Source: an uncultured delta proteobacterium | GTDB taxonomy: Bacteria > Desulfobacterota > WTBG01 | Reading direction: 5' to 3' | Assembly: GCA_963793865.1 (NCBI GenBank) | Contig: CAWCBP010000010.1 | Coordinates: 32,001-96,000, forward strand | Length of the DNA: 64,000 nucleotides | Shown: positions 20,356 to 31,199 of the stretch, piece after piece | Layout of the letters: every line of letters begins with the position of its first letter | How positions within the stretch are numbered: position 1 is the first letter of the stretch | The notes under the pieces: model-generated | Seen by the model: only the letters and a program-made list of their open reading frames with translations | Database searches by the model: none | Told to the model about the DNA's origin: nothing | Translations under genes and position numbers: made by a program

Positions 20356-20645
20356 ATTCTAAATCCGAAGCACGAAATCCGAAACAAATCCAAAATTCAA
20401 ATGACCAAATGTTCCAAACTGCAACCATGAAGCCCACGAAGGGCAAAACATGAATGCAAGATACAGTCAGATGCTGAAATCTTTTTGAACCACGAAGACC
20501 AGAAGCAAAGTCCGAAGCACAAAAAGACGGACAATGACAACCATAAAGGATCTTCTTTAAAGGTCAAATGCGACTCATTGTTTTTATCACCCTGTTCCCT
20601 GAACCCTGTACCCTTTTTTTCGACCTTCTGCACCCTGTACCCTGC
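20356..20645. repeat. Modular intergenic repeat array between smpB and ssrA
   Basis: AAATCCGAAGCACGAAATCCGAAACAAATCCAAAATTCAAA...TGTTCCAAAC, CACGAAG and CCCTG modules. Confidence 0.8.
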
Positions 20646-20647
20646 GT

Positions 20648-21115
20648 TTACATTCTTCCCTTGATTTTTGTGCTGCGAAATTCCCGTTCCGCTTCGCGGG
20701 CGAAATCTTTTTTCTTGATGTCCTCTCGCTTGTCGTGCGGGTTTTTGCCCTTGGCCAGGGCCATTTCAACCTTCACCTTTCCATCCTTGAAATACAGTTT
20801 CAGGGGGATGAAGGTCAGCCCTCTTTCCTTTATTTTGCCGTAGAGTTTTTTTATCTCGCTCTTGTGAAAAAGCAGTTTCCGCTGCCTTAAGGGATCATGG
20901 TTGAACTGATGCGCGTAGTCATAAGGGCTGATGTGCGCATTGATAAGAAATATCTCACCGTCTTTAATCCGGGCGTAACCGTCTTTAAGATTGGCCTTTC
21001 CCGCCCGGCATGACTTTACCTCGCTTCCCTGAAGCACGAGCCCCGCTTCATAGGTATCGAGGACGTGGTAATCGTGCCGTGCTTTCCTGTTCTGACAAAT
21101 CAGTTTTTCTGCCAT
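20648..21115 (-). CDS. smpB: SsrA-binding protein
   Basis: NRKARHDY, EAGLVLQGSEVKS, RKLLFHK, GKNPHDKR. Confidence 0.97.
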   Translation of the reverse strand: MAEKLICQNRKARHDYHVLDTYEAGLVLQGSEVKSCRAGKANLKDGYARIKDGEIFLINAHISPYDYAHQFNHDPLRQRKLLFHKSEIKKLYGKIKERGLTFIPLKLYFKDGKVKVEMALAKGKNPHDKREDIKKKDFAREAEREFRSTKIKGRM

Positions 21116-21308
21116 AATTACGTTTATTAGTAGTGACATAAAATGATATCACAACCATGCCGTTTATACAAGCAGGTAAGAGAGGCCCTCTCGGAAACGA
21201 TTGCGATTGATTGTTATCGCGGGGCGTGATAAATTGAATCAAAAATTAACCACGAAGGGCACGAAGAAAGAAATAAGCACGAAGAACACGAAGGAGGTCA
21301 GCGAGCCA

Positions 21309-22115
21309 ATGTTCTTGAAAAAAAACTGCACGTCACAACGGTGGAATAGGGTACTGCTTACCTGTTTACTCCTTCTTGGCTGCCTCAGCTCCTGCATCTT
21401 TTTGCCTTCGCTGGCGCCGAAACCGGGGGAAGAAGAAACCCTCTTTCAGAAGATCATCGAACTTTCTGAGGCGCGGGTCTATGAAGAGGCTATCACGGCA
21501 TGCCAGGAATTCCTGGAAAAGTTCCCCAAATCGAAAACGACCGATGTGGTGCTGCTCAGGCTGGGTGAAGCATTTGAGGGTCTCCTGAAACCGGGCTATT
21601 ATCAGCCGGTGGAGGAGGGCATGCCGGCGGAGGAGGCCAAAAAGCAATTCATGAAAAAATACGGCCACTACGAATGCTGGATCGACACACCCTGCGGTGT
21701 GCAATACAACCTGTCTCACTACCGGGAAATGATGGAACGGTTTCCGGAGAGCATGTATGCCGATGAGGGAGAATACCACCTCATCGCCTGGAAATGTGAT
21801 TACAAGGGTTTGCCTGAAGGGCCGCTGGAAGAGATATCGCAGATGGAAAAGGTTCTCCAGAAATACCCGACCACGTCACTGAAGCCGGAGCTTTACTACA
21901 AGATAGGCTACCGCTTTCACGTGCTGCATGAGATCTCTTCCTTTTCACCGCAAAAGAACCTGCGGGACCAGAAAAAAGGGAGAGAGTATAAGGACCAGGC
22001 CCTTTACTTTTACCGGATGTCCCTGAAGCAGCCCGCGCAGTCCAAGTTCTCAAAGAAGGCCTGGGAGGACCTCGGCAAATTGGAGGAAGGAAAAAGAATT
22101 TATATTACAGACTGA
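21309..22115 (+). CDS. TPR-like lipoprotein
   Basis: AAGGAGG RBS, hydrophobic signal with Cys, repeated helical units (FLEKFPKS, FPESMYAD, KYPTTSL). Confidence 0.65.
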   Translation: MFLKKNCTSQRWNRVLLTCLLLLGCLSSCIFLPSLAPKPGEEETLFQKIIELSEARVYEEAITACQEFLEKFPKSKTTDVVLLRLGEAFEGLLKPGYYQPVEEGMPAEEAKKQFMKKYGHYECWIDTPCGVQYNLSHYREMMERFPESMYADEGEYHLIAWKCDYKGLPEGPLEEISQMEKVLQKYPTTSLKPELYYKIGYRFHVLHEISSFSPQKNLRDQKKGREYKDQALYFYRMSLKQPAQSKFSKKAWEDLGKLEEGKRIYITD

Positions 22116-22132
22116 ACCTGTCTGCCCGGTTC

Positions 22133-22954
22133 CTAGGGTATGAGGGCCAGGGATATGGTCTGGCGGGTGGTGCTTGGTATTTCCTGTTCTCCCATTGGCA
22201 GCGGGGCCGCAATGGACATTTTGAGTTCCATGTCAACCTTGCTTTCCACGATGAAACCTTTTTCCAGGGCAACATAGGTTTTGCCAGTACCGGTACCTGT
22301 TCCCTTCATTTTCATTGAGGGGTCATCAGCGCCCTGAATATTCATGGAAATGGTGTAGTCCATTACCGCGCAGGGGTAACCATTCTTTTCCTCGCGCCTG
22401 GTAAAGGTGTACTTGGATTCCACCACAACCTTCATCTGGGACTCGGGGAGTTCTTCCTTTTGTGTCCAGGTATCACCTGCCTTAAGCTTTTTGTCGGGAA
22501 ATTTCGGATAGAGACAGAAGAGCACGTTATTGATGTCAGGGCTCAAACCCTGGAAGGCGATCATGGACTGGATTCCTTTGGGCTCAATGATCTCGCCATT
22601 TTCTCTCAGCTTCATGAGGGTCTGCTTCCCCACCATCGATGAGCCCATCGCGTTCGGTATCTTCTTGCCCCCTATATTCATCTCCATGTCGTAGGAATCA
22701 CAGGTGATGGTGATTTCGGCAATCCCCCCCTCCACCCGGTCGACCTTCTGGGTAAGGGTCACTTCGGTTTTGTTCGGCAGCTCCATTTTCTTTCCCATGA
22801 ACTCGTAAGCGGTGGCCGAATCCTGGGTAACTTTATACTTGTAGACATCACCCGGCTTGAATTTAAAGCGCAGTTTAAATGACCTTTCCCCGCACCCAAG
22901 CGAGCACACCAGAAAAAGAATTATAAGCCAGCAAACTGACGCCGTTTTTTTCAT
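22133..22954 (-). CDS. Lipoprotein (DUF6263-like)
   Basis: Lipobox SLGC, LRFKFKPGDVYKY, P.KKLKAGDTW. Confidence 0.65.
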   Translation of the reverse strand: MKKTASVCWLIILFLVCSLGCGERSFKLRFKFKPGDVYKYKVTQDSATAYEFMGKKMELPNKTEVTLTQKVDRVEGGIAEITITCDSYDMEMNIGGKKIPNAMGSSMVGKQTLMKLRENGEIIEPKGIQSMIAFQGLSPDINNVLFCLYPKFPDKKLKAGDTWTQKEELPESQMKVVVESKYTFTRREEKNGYPCAVMDYTISMNIQGADDPSMKMKGTGTGTGKTYVALEKGFIVESKVDMELKMSIAAPLPMGEQEIPSTTRQTISLALIP

Positions 22955-22977
22955 GGGTGTAACCTCCGTTTCATAAG

Positions 22978-23547
22978 TCATGTTCCCCTGCGGTTGTAAA
23001 GGTTCATTGCCGCCTGAAGGCCGGCTCTCAGGAGTAATTCGAGGGCTTCCTGCGCGTTGGCGATTACCTCGCCAAGCAGTTGCTTCTCGGCATGGTCGAA
23101 GGGCTGCAAAACATAGTCCGCCGCATCCATTCCCCCGGGCGGTCTCCCAATGCCGACTTTCACCCTGGGGAAATCGCCGCTCCCAGTGGCACGCATGATG
23201 GACTGAATGCCCTTGTGGCCCCCGTTTCCTCCTTTTTCCTTGATCTTGATTCTGCCGAAGGGGAGATCTAAATCGTCGTGGATTACTATCAGCTGGTTCG
23301 CCGTGAGAGAGAATGGCGCAAGAAACAGTTTTACGGCATCGCCGCTTAAGTTCATGTAGGTGCGGGGCCTGGCGAGAATTACGGGGTGACCTTCAATTTT
23401 CCCCCGGCCCCAAGAACTCTTGTATTTCCTTTCCTGCAGGTGGATGTCATGGGCCCTGGCCAGCCGGTTCACAACCAGGAAACCGATGTTATGCCTGCTC
23501 GCCTCATATTCCTTACCCGGGTTTCCGAGACCCACAATAAGTTCCAC
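22978..23547 (-). CDS. pth: Peptidyl-tRNA hydrolase
   Basis: LIVGLGNPG, RHNIGF, YMNLSG, HDDLD, GGHKG. Confidence 0.97.
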   Translation of the reverse strand: MELIVGLGNPGKEYEASRHNIGFLVVNRLARAHDIHLQERKYKSSWGRGKIEGHPVILARPRTYMNLSGDAVKLFLAPFSLTANQLIVIHDDLDLPFGRIKIKEKGGNGGHKGIQSIMRATGSGDFPRVKVGIGRPPGGMDAADYVLQPFDHAEKQLLGEVIANAQEALELLLRAGLQAAMNLYNRRGT

Positions 23548-23568
23548 ACCTGCACCCGGTCAATGGGC

Positions 23569-24270
23569 TTACTTTTTGCCGCCCTCGTCCTTCTCGGACT
23601 TTTTCTCCTTTTCCTCAGCCGGCTTCTTTTCTTCCGCTGCCGCCTCGCCCGCCGCCGCTGCCGCCGCTTCAGGCGCCGCTTCCTTGGCGACCTCTTTCTC
23701 AACAGTAGGCGCAAGCACGGTTGCGATGGTGGTGTCCAGGTCGTCAAAAATCTTTATGCCCGTCGGCAGCTGCATGTCCTTGAGGTGAACCGAATCACCG
23801 ATGACAAGGGCGCTGACATCCGCTTCCAGGCTGTCGGGAATCTGGGAAGGAAGGCACCTGATGCTGAGCTCTCTTTTTACCTGCTGCAGCACTCCGCCCA
23901 CCAGGACCCCCGCGGGAGTGCCTGTCAGCCGGACCGGTATCGACAGGGTTACCTCCTCGTCCATGGCGACTTCGAAGAAATCCACATGCAGGAAGTAGCG
24001 CTGCACCGGATCAACCTGGATTTCCTTGATCATGACCGTCTTTTCCGCCGGCTCTCCGTTGCCTTCAATGGACAGGAGAAAGAGCTTGCGCTCGCTTTTG
24101 CCGGCTCCCAGGAGGTCCTGCAGCTGTTTTAAGTCTACGGTGAGGGGAATGGCAGCGCTTTTGTGGCCATACACAACTGCCGGCAGCATTTCCTTGCCTC
24201 GCAATCTTCTTGCCACGCCCTTCCCGGTTGCAGTGCGCGTGTTTGCTGTTAGTTTTGCCTGTTCTGCCAT
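23569..24270 (-). CDS. rplY: 50S ribosomal protein L25/Ctc
   Basis: GKGVARRLR, PAVVYG, LHVDF. Part of the prs-rplY-pth synteny. Confidence 0.97.
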   Translation of the reverse strand: MAEQAKLTANTRTATGKGVARRLRGKEMLPAVVYGHKSAAIPLTVDLKQLQDLLGAGKSERKLFLLSIEGNGEPAEKTVMIKEIQVDPVQRYFLHVDFFEVAMDEEVTLSIPVRLTGTPAGVLVGGVLQQVKRELSIRCLPSQIPDSLEADVSALVIGDSVHLKDMQLPTGIKIFDDLDTTIATVLAPTVEKEVAKEAAPEAAAAAAGEAAAEEKKPAEEKEKKSEKDEGGKK

Positions 24271-24303
24271 GGATACTCCTTACGAAAAACAGTGTGGAAT
24301 TGT

Positions 24304-25245
24304 TTATACAAAGAGCGAGCTGACCGAGTCATTATTATGGATACGCTTGATAGCTTCGCCCAGCAGGTTCGCGATTGAGAGAACTGCTATTTTCTTACAG
24401 GATTGCGACTCCGGCTTGAGGGGAATGGTATCGGATACCACCACCTTTTCCAAAGCCGACTGGTTGATCTTCTCCAGCGCGTGTCCTGAAAGCACCGCGT
24501 GGGTGCAGCAGGCGGCAACCTTTTTTGCCCCCGCCTGAACCAGGGCATCGGCTGCCTGGGTCAGCGTGCCGGCGGTATCAACCATGTCGTCGAGCAGAAG
24601 CGCCGTCTTGCCCTTGATGTCGCCAATGATGTTCATCACCGTGGATTCGTTGGGCTGAGCCCTTCTCTTGTCAATGATAGCGAGGCTGGCGCCGAGCCTT
24701 TTGCCAAAGGCGCGCGCCCGTTCCACCCCGCCCGCATCAGGGGAGACAATCACCAGGTCGTTGACATATTCCTGTTTAATAAAATCCATCATAATCGGAG
24801 CCGCGTAGAGGTGATCCACCGGTATGTTGAAGAAACCCTGTATCTGGCCCGCGTGCAGGTCTATGGTAAGGAGCCTGTTGGCCCCCGCCGTGGTGATGAG
24901 GTCGGCGACCAGCTTGGCGGTGATGGGTACCCTCGGAGCGACCTTCCTGTCCTGCCGCGCGTAACCGTAGTAGGGTAAGACGGCCGTGATTCTCTCAGCT
25001 GACGCCCTTTTTATGGCATCCATCATGATCAGCAGTTCCATCAGGTAGGAGTTGACGGGTGTGCAGGTTGACTGCACCACGAAAACATCCATGCCCCGCA
25101 CATTTTCTCCAATCTCGACCTGAATTTCGCCGTCACTGAAATTTTTTACATGTGCCCTGCCCAGAGGAATGTTGAGGTCCGTGCAAATTTTTTCAGCCAG
25201 GGGAATATTGGAATTGCCCGACAGTATCTTGATATTTTTTAGCAC
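24304..25245 (-). CDS. prs: Ribose-phosphate pyrophosphokinase
   Basis: [36 protein letters not shown]. Confidence 0.98.
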   Translation of the reverse strand: MLKNIKILSGNSNIPLAEKICTDLNIPLGRAHVKNFSDGEIQVEIGENVRGMDVFVVQSTCTPVNSYLMELLIMMDAIKRASAERITAVLPYYGYARQDRKVAPRVPITAKLVADLITTAGANRLLTIDLHAGQIQGFFNIPVDHLYAAPIMMDFIKQEYVNDLVIVSPDAGGVERARAFGKRLGASLAIIDKRRAQPNESTVMNIIGDIKGKTALLLDDMVDTAGTLTQAADALVQAGAKKVAACCTHAVLSGHALEKINQSALEKVVVSDTIPLKPESQSCKKIAVLSIANLLGEAIKRIHNNDSVSSLFV

Positions 25246-25420
25246 CCGTATTCCTTGTATTCTAAAGAAATTAGTAGGTTATGGCACGTGAAATCAGTGC
25301 ATGCTTATATACAAATTTTGTTTTTATGTCAATAGTAATATCATGACTGCTTCCCTGCCGGGCGGAAGCGGGCCTATTGCGGGCAGGCGCAAAGGAAAAA
25401 GTAAGCGGCGCGATAAAATC

Positions 25421-25495
25421 TGGCTGGGGTGGGAGGATTCGAACCTCCGAATGTAGGATCCAAAATCCTATGACTTGCCGCTTGTCGACACCCCA
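25421..25495 (-). tRNA. tRNA-Gln (TTG)
   Basis: Cloverleaf TGGGGTG...TTG anticodon...GTTCGAATCC...CACCCCAGCCA. ispE-tRNA-Gln-prs synteny. Confidence 0.96.
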
Positions 25496-25592
25496 ACCGT
25501 ACTGACAGGAAAAAAGAAATGCGTTCCACAAGCCTGCCGTGGAACATTATTATGACCAACCGAAAATGGCAATGGCTTGCAATGGTGATATG

Positions 25593-26438
25593 CTATATTC
25601 CGCAGCAAACGGAGGTTTGCCATGCCGGGGGCATATCCAATTGCCCCAGTGCCAGCCTGGCTTTTTCTTCACTGGCAAATAAGCCGAAGACCGTCGAGCC
25701 GCTGCCGGACATCAGGCATCCGAGCGCGCCTTTGTTCCTGAGCGCGTCTTTTATGTCCTGTAAAAGCGGGAAGCGGGGCAGGACCACCTTCTCTAAGTCA
25801 TTATAAAGAATAGCGATAATTTCAGAGATCGTTTTTATGCACGATGGGATAGTAATATTAACGGCCCCGTTTGTCAATCCTCTTGTCACATTTTGATATG
25901 CCCAGGCCGTTGAGATTTGCACGTCAGGGGTCACCAGGAGATACCAGAGCTTTGGCTGTATGGAAACGGCCTGAAGCTTATCACCGATGCCCGTGCCTAT
26001 GGCACTGCTGCCAAAAAGGAAGAACGGGACATCGGCCCCGAGGTCTCGAGCCATGGGCATGAGATCCCCGTTGCTCAATCCCAGACCGAAAAGCTGATTG
26101 ATACCCGCAAGCGTGGAGGCCGCATTGCTGCTTCCCCCGCCGAGCCCCGCCGCCACCGGTATGCGCTTCTTAATGGCAATTCTGATGCCGTCCTTGATGG
26201 CGTAACGGCTGACCAGCATTTTTGCAGCTGCATGGGCGAGGTTGCCCTCGTTGATGGGAATTAGGGGATTGTCGCACGCCACCTCGATGCCGCTTTTGAT
26301 GCGGTCAAGGGTCACATCATCGCCAAGGCTTATTTTCTGGAAGACAGTTCTTATATCATGGTAGCCGTCAGCGCGCTTGCGGAGGACGTCAAGGCGCAGG
26401 TTAACCTTGGCGGGTGAAAAGAGTTGGAGGTGGTTCAT
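25593..26438 (-). CDS. ispE: 4-diphosphocytidyl-2-C-methyl-D-erythritol kinase
   Basis: PAKVNL, RADGYH, IPVAAGLGGGSSNAA, MSGSGSTVF. Confidence 0.97.
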   Translation of the reverse strand: MNHLQLFSPAKVNLRLDVLRKRADGYHDIRTVFQKISLGDDVTLDRIKSGIEVACDNPLIPINEGNLAHAAAKMLVSRYAIKDGIRIAIKKRIPVAAGLGGGSSNAASTLAGINQLFGLGLSNGDLMPMARDLGADVPFFLFGSSAIGTGIGDKLQAVSIQPKLWYLLVTPDVQISTAWAYQNVTRGLTNGAVNITIPSCIKTISEIIAILYNDLEKVVLPRFPLLQDIKDALRNKGALGCLMSGSGSTVFGLFASEEKARLALGQLDMPPAWQTSVCCGI

Positions 26439-26444
26439 AGAGAA

Positions 26445-26763
26445 GTTGACAGTTTACAGAAAAAACAGGGTTCAGGATACAGGGTACAGGGTCAAAAACA
26501 GGATCAGGGTTCAGCAAACAGGGTGTTAGGGTACAGGGTCAAAAGAGAGTCCACGGTCGACAGTCCATAGTCGAGACAGCAAAAACGGGCTGAAGAGTCC
26601 ACAGCAGGCAGCCTACAGTCGACGGTTAAAAGCTGAGTGTGCTGGTTTGTTTGTGTAAAATTATTGGTAGGGGCAGGCCCCTGTGCCTGCCCGGATATAG
26701 TAGGGCAACCACAGGGGGTTGCCCCTACGATTTCTTGTCCCTTTCTTCGTGTGCTTCGTGGTT
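26445..26763. repeat. Modular repeat array (CAGGG motifs, AGTCCAC/GTCGAC motifs, REP doublet, CTTCGTG arm)
   Basis: Same module order as 10028-10272. Confidence 0.75.
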
Positions 26764-26789
26764 TCAAATAGATACAAAGCACAGGAAGG

Positions 26790-27011
26790 TTATCTCCTGA
26801 AGAGATAGAACACGAGGGTGAGGATGACGCTGATAATAATACAGGAGGTGAGGGGAAAATAAAAGCTGAAGTTTTCCCTTTGCACAGAAATATCCCCCGG
26901 TAGCCTTCCTATCCAGGGGATTTTCAATCCGGTATTCATGAGTATGCCAATGATAACAAGGAAGATACCCATTATAATGAGCATCTTCCCCATTAACGAA
27001 AAGCCGGGCAT
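26790..27011 (-). CDS. DUF2905 family membrane protein
   Basis: GRLPGDI...FYFPLTSCIIIS motif. Confidence 0.9.
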   Translation of the reverse strand: MPGFSLMGKMLIIMGIFLVIIGILMNTGLKIPWIGRLPGDISVQRENFSFYFPLTSCIIISVILTLVFYLFRR

Positions 27012-27074
27012 TATGTTTTCCTTACCTTCTGCAATGATACTTAAGGTATTGCTATTTGCATGTACTCTTTTGTT

Positions 27075-27932
27075 TTAGTTTGTATTTTCTAATACTCCAA
27101 ATGTGTTCGCTACCTGTGCGGAAATACCATCGACAATTACGTTTACTGTTCTTTCAGAGATTTCCGCGTCATCGGCAATTTCAATAGCAACTGTTATTTC
27201 GCTATCAGATATTACTGAAGGATCTCCGACGTCGATACCCCCTCCTGAAAAACTAACGTCAATAGTATTGGCACTCCGGAAATTAGCGTTTGTACAGCCT
27301 ATGGTGACGGTGAGGGTATCGCCTTGTTCTGCTTCAGAAGGAGTAATAGAACCACACGTAAGCTCAGTCGGGAAATTAGCAAAACCCATAAACAAGGCGT
27401 CTGCGCCGAGATAATTACCATATCCCAGGATGGTGCTGAATGTAAAGTTATCAAATGGAGCGGGGGGTGTGTAGTTAAAAGAAATACCCCAGATATGAAT
27501 CTCATATTTTAACTCGTTGCCCTTTGCCTCAATTAATCTGGACATTCCTGTCGATTGGCCTGAGGGTATGGTGGTTGTTGTTTCTGTGGGCGTTGTAGTG
27601 GTAGTCGATGTTTCCTCTTTTTCGACCCAGGCCTGGAACCAGGTCCTGTTGCCTACGTCTGATTCTATCCAGGTCCCGGTAAGTTCACCGTATCGTGTCG
27701 TATAAGCACTGAACACGTCACCCGCTTTAAACTCAAACTGGTCTACATATCTGGGGCGAAAAAGAGTGCTCACCGGGGTCCAGACAAAAACCGCATAGGT
27801 GATGTCAAATACGGAAGAAGGACTTGCCTGATTAGCGGCACTTTTAACCGGGCTGTCCTTTGCGGGGCTGGATGGAGTAGCGATTAAAAGAATGCAGATG
27901 CCAACCAGGAGAAATTTAATTAAATGCTTCAT
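27075..27932 (-). CDS. Secreted hypothetical protein with a Thr-rich linker and C-terminal IPT/TIG-like domain
   Basis: Signal peptide, TSTTTTTPTETTTT linker, SITPSEAEQGDTLTVTI... Confidence 0.7.
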   Translation of the reverse strand: MKHLIKFLLVGICILLIATPSSPAKDSPVKSAANQASPSSVFDITYAVFVWTPVSTLFRPRYVDQFEFKAGDVFSAYTTRYGELTGTWIESDVGNRTWFQAWVEKEETSTTTTTPTETTTTIPSGQSTGMSRLIEAKGNELKYEIHIWGISFNYTPPAPFDNFTFSTILGYGNYLGADALFMGFANFPTELTCGSITPSEAEQGDTLTVTIGCTNANFRSANTIDVSFSGGGIDVGDPSVISDSEITVAIEIADDAEISERTVNVIVDGISAQVANTFGVLENTN

Positions 27933-28009
27933 AAGTGCAGCTCCTATGCTCTAGGTTTTTCTTATATACATAATTCTGAGAATTTCACTCTCCGATATAC
28001 ATAGAGCCG

Positions 28010-28059
28010 GCAGGAGCGGTTTCAAGCCGCGAATACATCGCGCATGAATGCGCTCCTAC
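28010..28059. repeat. GTAGGAGCGG-type REP doublet
   Basis: Full or partial copies at 38059, 38145-38194, 39029 and 62464. Confidence 0.7.
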
Positions 28060-28345
28060 CGAAATCTCCAATATCCTTGGCTGGTTTTTAAAAAGATACG
28101 CCTAAAAAGTCGATGTGACTCTCTATGTCATTGCAGTGCGAATTGTCACTTCATAATAATATCAAGAATTTTTTTATTGGCCAAATCCTACCATTTTTAT
28201 GATTGCAATTCAATTATTCTTTTCGTCACCGGCGCGTATCCGCATAAAGAATATTTTCCTTGACTTTTTTTGGCGGTGATGCAATATACAAACGTACGAT
28301 TAATGCTTTTAATTTAATAATTTATCGTGAAGGCGGCTATTTTTT

Positions 28346-28579
28346 GTGGTTCGGCTGGACAGATTTGACAACCTGGAAAAGGGGGTAAAGGATCTGGTAG
28401 AGCGCTTTGCCCTCCTTCAGAGAGAAAAAGAGAGGCTGGAAAGCAGCTATACTAAAAAGACAGGCGAGCACCAGCTTTCGCAGGAACGCTTGGAGAGGCT
28501 CTACCGGGAGCGGTACCAGATCCGGGCCAAGCTGGATGAATTAATCAAGAAACTTGAAACCCTGGAAGAAGCAGGTTAA
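28346..28579 (+). CDS. ZapB-like coiled-coil cell division protein
   Basis: Coiled-coil ORF directly upstream of zapA. Confidence 0.7.
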   Translation: MVRLDRFDNLEKGVKDLVERFALLQREKERLESSYTKKTGEHQLSQERLERLYRERYQIRAKLDELIKKLETLEEAG

Positions 28580-28596
28580 ACGTAAGGGAAACGAGG

Positions 28597-28872
28597 GTGG
28601 AAAACGTAACCATCACCATACTTGGCAAGGAATACAGCATCAAAAGCGATGTGGAAAAGGAGAGCTTGGACAGAATTGCCGACCACCTGAACAAAAAAGT
28701 AGACGAAATAATGCAAACCTCAAGAACGGCTGCCGCCCATAATGTATTGATTCTGGCAGCAATGAATATAGCTGACGAGTACTTCCGTGAGAAGAATCTT
28801 AACCAGGAGCTCATCAGTTACGTGGAAGGAAAGTCGGAACAGCTCTTGCAGCAAATGAAAACCAGGACATGA
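28597..28872 (+). CDS. zapA: Cell division protein ZapA
   Basis: VTITILGKEYSI, ILAAMNIADE. Confidence 0.92.
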   Translation: MENVTITILGKEYSIKSDVEKESLDRIADHLNKKVDEIMQTSRTAAAHNVLILAAMNIADEYFREKNLNQELISYVEGKSEQLLQQMKTRT

Positions 28873-28887
28873 GGTAATTGGATACGA

Positions 28888-29071
28888 TTTCCCTGCTGTG
28901 CGCGTGATTTAGACTAGTTATTATTTGATCCAACACCTTGAGAAAGGGAACTTTTCCTTGCTGAAGGAAGGCAGGCCCCACAAGCAGCGATGGGGAGTCT
29001 GAAACAGTAATAAGGTACCCACCTTATTGAGAAAGGTTCAAATAATCAGTTTACACGGCACAGCGGGGAAA
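28888..29071 (+). ncRNA. ssrS: 6S RNA
   Basis: About 185 nt, ends pair (TTTCCCTGCTGTG / CACAGCGGGGAAA). Canonical position between zapA and rny. Confidence 0.88.
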
Positions 29072-29590
29072 AAGACTATATTTTCATGCTGACTTTAATT
29101 TTTATTGTACAGTGTGATTGGATGCAGTTGATGCGGTAGTGAGCAGAGAAAGGGTGTTAGACTTTAAAACGGAAGAGTGCAAAAGTACAAGAAAGCATAA
29201 TGGTGAGCAGCGAAAAACCAAGACTGCAGTACCTTTAGGGGAACTCGACTTGATATTTGCGACGTACATGGAACTGACGAGAGAGTTTTTGCACAAGAAG
29301 GTCTGTTTGCTGCACGCCGGTGTGCAGGCGGGCAGGGTCAGTTACGGTTTTTCTCCCATTGATGGTACGAAGTGGACACATCACAAGCTTTCTTCGCCGC
29401 TATTCAGCACGCAATAGCTCTTAACCGCTTCTTCCGTTTTATTCATCTCAGCATTTCTTTCACCGCTTCACTGCCCGTCTTATCTTTATAATCTCATAAT
29501 CCACCAGTACAGGGTTTGTGCAACAGGAACAGGGGTGCTGTCTGTTCAAGGGGGCCGGCAGACATCCCTTTTAAGGAGGTGAGTCGTACA

Positions 29591-31162
29591 TTGAGTGCAT
29601 TGACTATCATTATAATGATCGGATTAGCGTTAGGTGCGGCAGCTCTCGGAGCCTTCGGCGGCATGTATTTCCGCAAAAAAATGGCGGCATCCAAGGTGGA
29701 AGCGGCGGAAGAAGCTGCCAAAAAAGTCCTGGAACGGGCGCAAAAAGAGGCAGATAATGTCATAAAAGAGGCCCGATTGCAGGCAAAGGAAGATCTCTAC
29801 AAGGCCAAGTCTGATTTCGAAAAAGAAACCAGGGACAGGAGGCTGGAGCTCCATAATCTGGAGAAGAAACATGACCAGCGGGAAGACAGCCTGGCCAAGA
29901 GGGCGGAGCTTCTGAACCAGAAAGAGGCGGGCCTCACCAAGAAAGAGCAAAGCCTGTCGCAGCAGGAAAAGCAGATTGTAGAGAACGAAAGGGTGTTGAA
30001 GACCACGATTGAGCAGCAAAGGATCCAGCTGGAAAGAATCTCCGGCATGTCTTCCGAGGAGGCCAAAAAATCTCTGATGCAGAACATGGAGAGCGAGGCC
30101 AAACACGAGGCGGCCAAGAACATCAGGAAAATTGAAGAGGAGGCACGGGAAACCGCTGACAAAATGGCCAGGAACATCCTGGCGCTGGCAATCCAGCGAT
30201 ACTCTGCCGACTATGTCGCTGAAAAGACCGTTTCGGTTGTCAATCTGCCTAATGAAGAGATGAAGGGAAGAATTATAGGAAGGGAAGGAAGAAACATCCG
30301 CTCCATAGAGGCGGTTACCGGTGTGGATCTCATCATCGATGATACGCCCGAGGCGGTGGTGCTTTCCGGCTTTGATCCCATACGGAGAGAAATAGCCCGG
30401 GTTTCGCTGGAGCGGCTGATAGAGGACGGGCGCATACACCCTGCCCGGATAGAGGAGATAGTTGAAAAGGCGAAAAAGGAGATGGAGGTTACCATCAAGG
30501 AAGCGGGTGAGCGGGCGACCTTTGACACGGGCATCCACAGCGTCAACCATGAGCTGGTGAAGCTTTTGGGCAAGCTCAAGTTCCGGACCAGCTATGACCA
30601 GAACGTGCTGCAGCATTCGCTGGAGGTGGCCTCATTTTGCGGCATTATTGCCTCTGAGCTGGGGGTCAATGTCAAGAAGGCGAAGCGCGCGGGGCTGCTG
30701 CACGATATCGGTAAGGCGGTGGATCACGAGGTGGAAGGCTCCCATGCCACCATCGGCGCTGACCTGGCAAAGAAGTACGGAGAGGACGATGAAATTGTTC
30801 ACGCTCTGGCCGCCCATCATGATGACGAGAAGCCGCAGACCGTCATCGCCATACTGGTGCAGGTTGCGGACGCCCTGTCCGCCGCTCGGCCCGGCGCCCG
30901 GCGGGAGATGCTGGAAACCTATGTGAAGCACCTGAAGGACCTTGAGGAAATCGCGTCGTCCTTCCCGGGCGTGTTGAAATCGTACGCCGTGCAGGCGGGC
31001 CGCGAGATACGAATCATCGTGGAGGGTAAGGAGATCTCCGATGATGACTCGGTTGTGCTTTCCAAGGATATCGCGAGGAAAATAGAGAGCAACTTAAGCT
31101 ATCCCGGGCAGATCAAGGTGACGGTGATCCGCGAAACGCGGGCCGTCGATTTCGCGCGATAA
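29591..31162 (+). CDS. rny: Ribonuclease Y
   Basis: AAGGAGG plus TTG start, N-terminal TM, KH domain ([13 protein letters not shown]), HD domain (LHDIGK). Confidence 0.97.
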   Translation: MSALTIIIMIGLALGAAALGAFGGMYFRKKMAASKVEAAEEAAKKVLERAQKEADNVIKEARLQAKEDLYKAKSDFEKETRDRRLELHNLEKKHDQREDSLAKRAELLNQKEAGLTKKEQSLSQQEKQIVENERVLKTTIEQQRIQLERISGMSSEEAKKSLMQNMESEAKHEAAKNIRKIEEEARETADKMARNILALAIQRYSADYVAEKTVSVVNLPNEEMKGRIIGREGRNIRSIEAVTGVDLIIDDTPEAVVLSGFDPIRREIARVSLERLIEDGRIHPARIEEIVEKAKKEMEVTIKEAGERATFDTGIHSVNHELVKLLGKLKFRTSYDQNVLQHSLEVASFCGIIASELGVNVKKAKRAGLLHDIGKAVDHEVEGSHATIGADLAKKYGEDDEIVHALAAHHDDEKPQTVIAILVQVADALSAARPGARREMLETYVKHLKDLEEIASSFPGVLKSYAVQAGREIRIIVEGKEISDDDSVVLSKDIARKIESNLSYPGQIKVTVIRETRAVDFAR

Positions 31163-31199
31163 CCATTTCACCCCTGCATCCGGTTCCGGGCAGAACGCA

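Noticed and set aside
3190..21293. CACGAAG tandem motifs as a CRISPR array
   Set aside because: Units are 7-9 nt and irregular, with no 23-47 nt repeats, no unique spacers and no cas genes.
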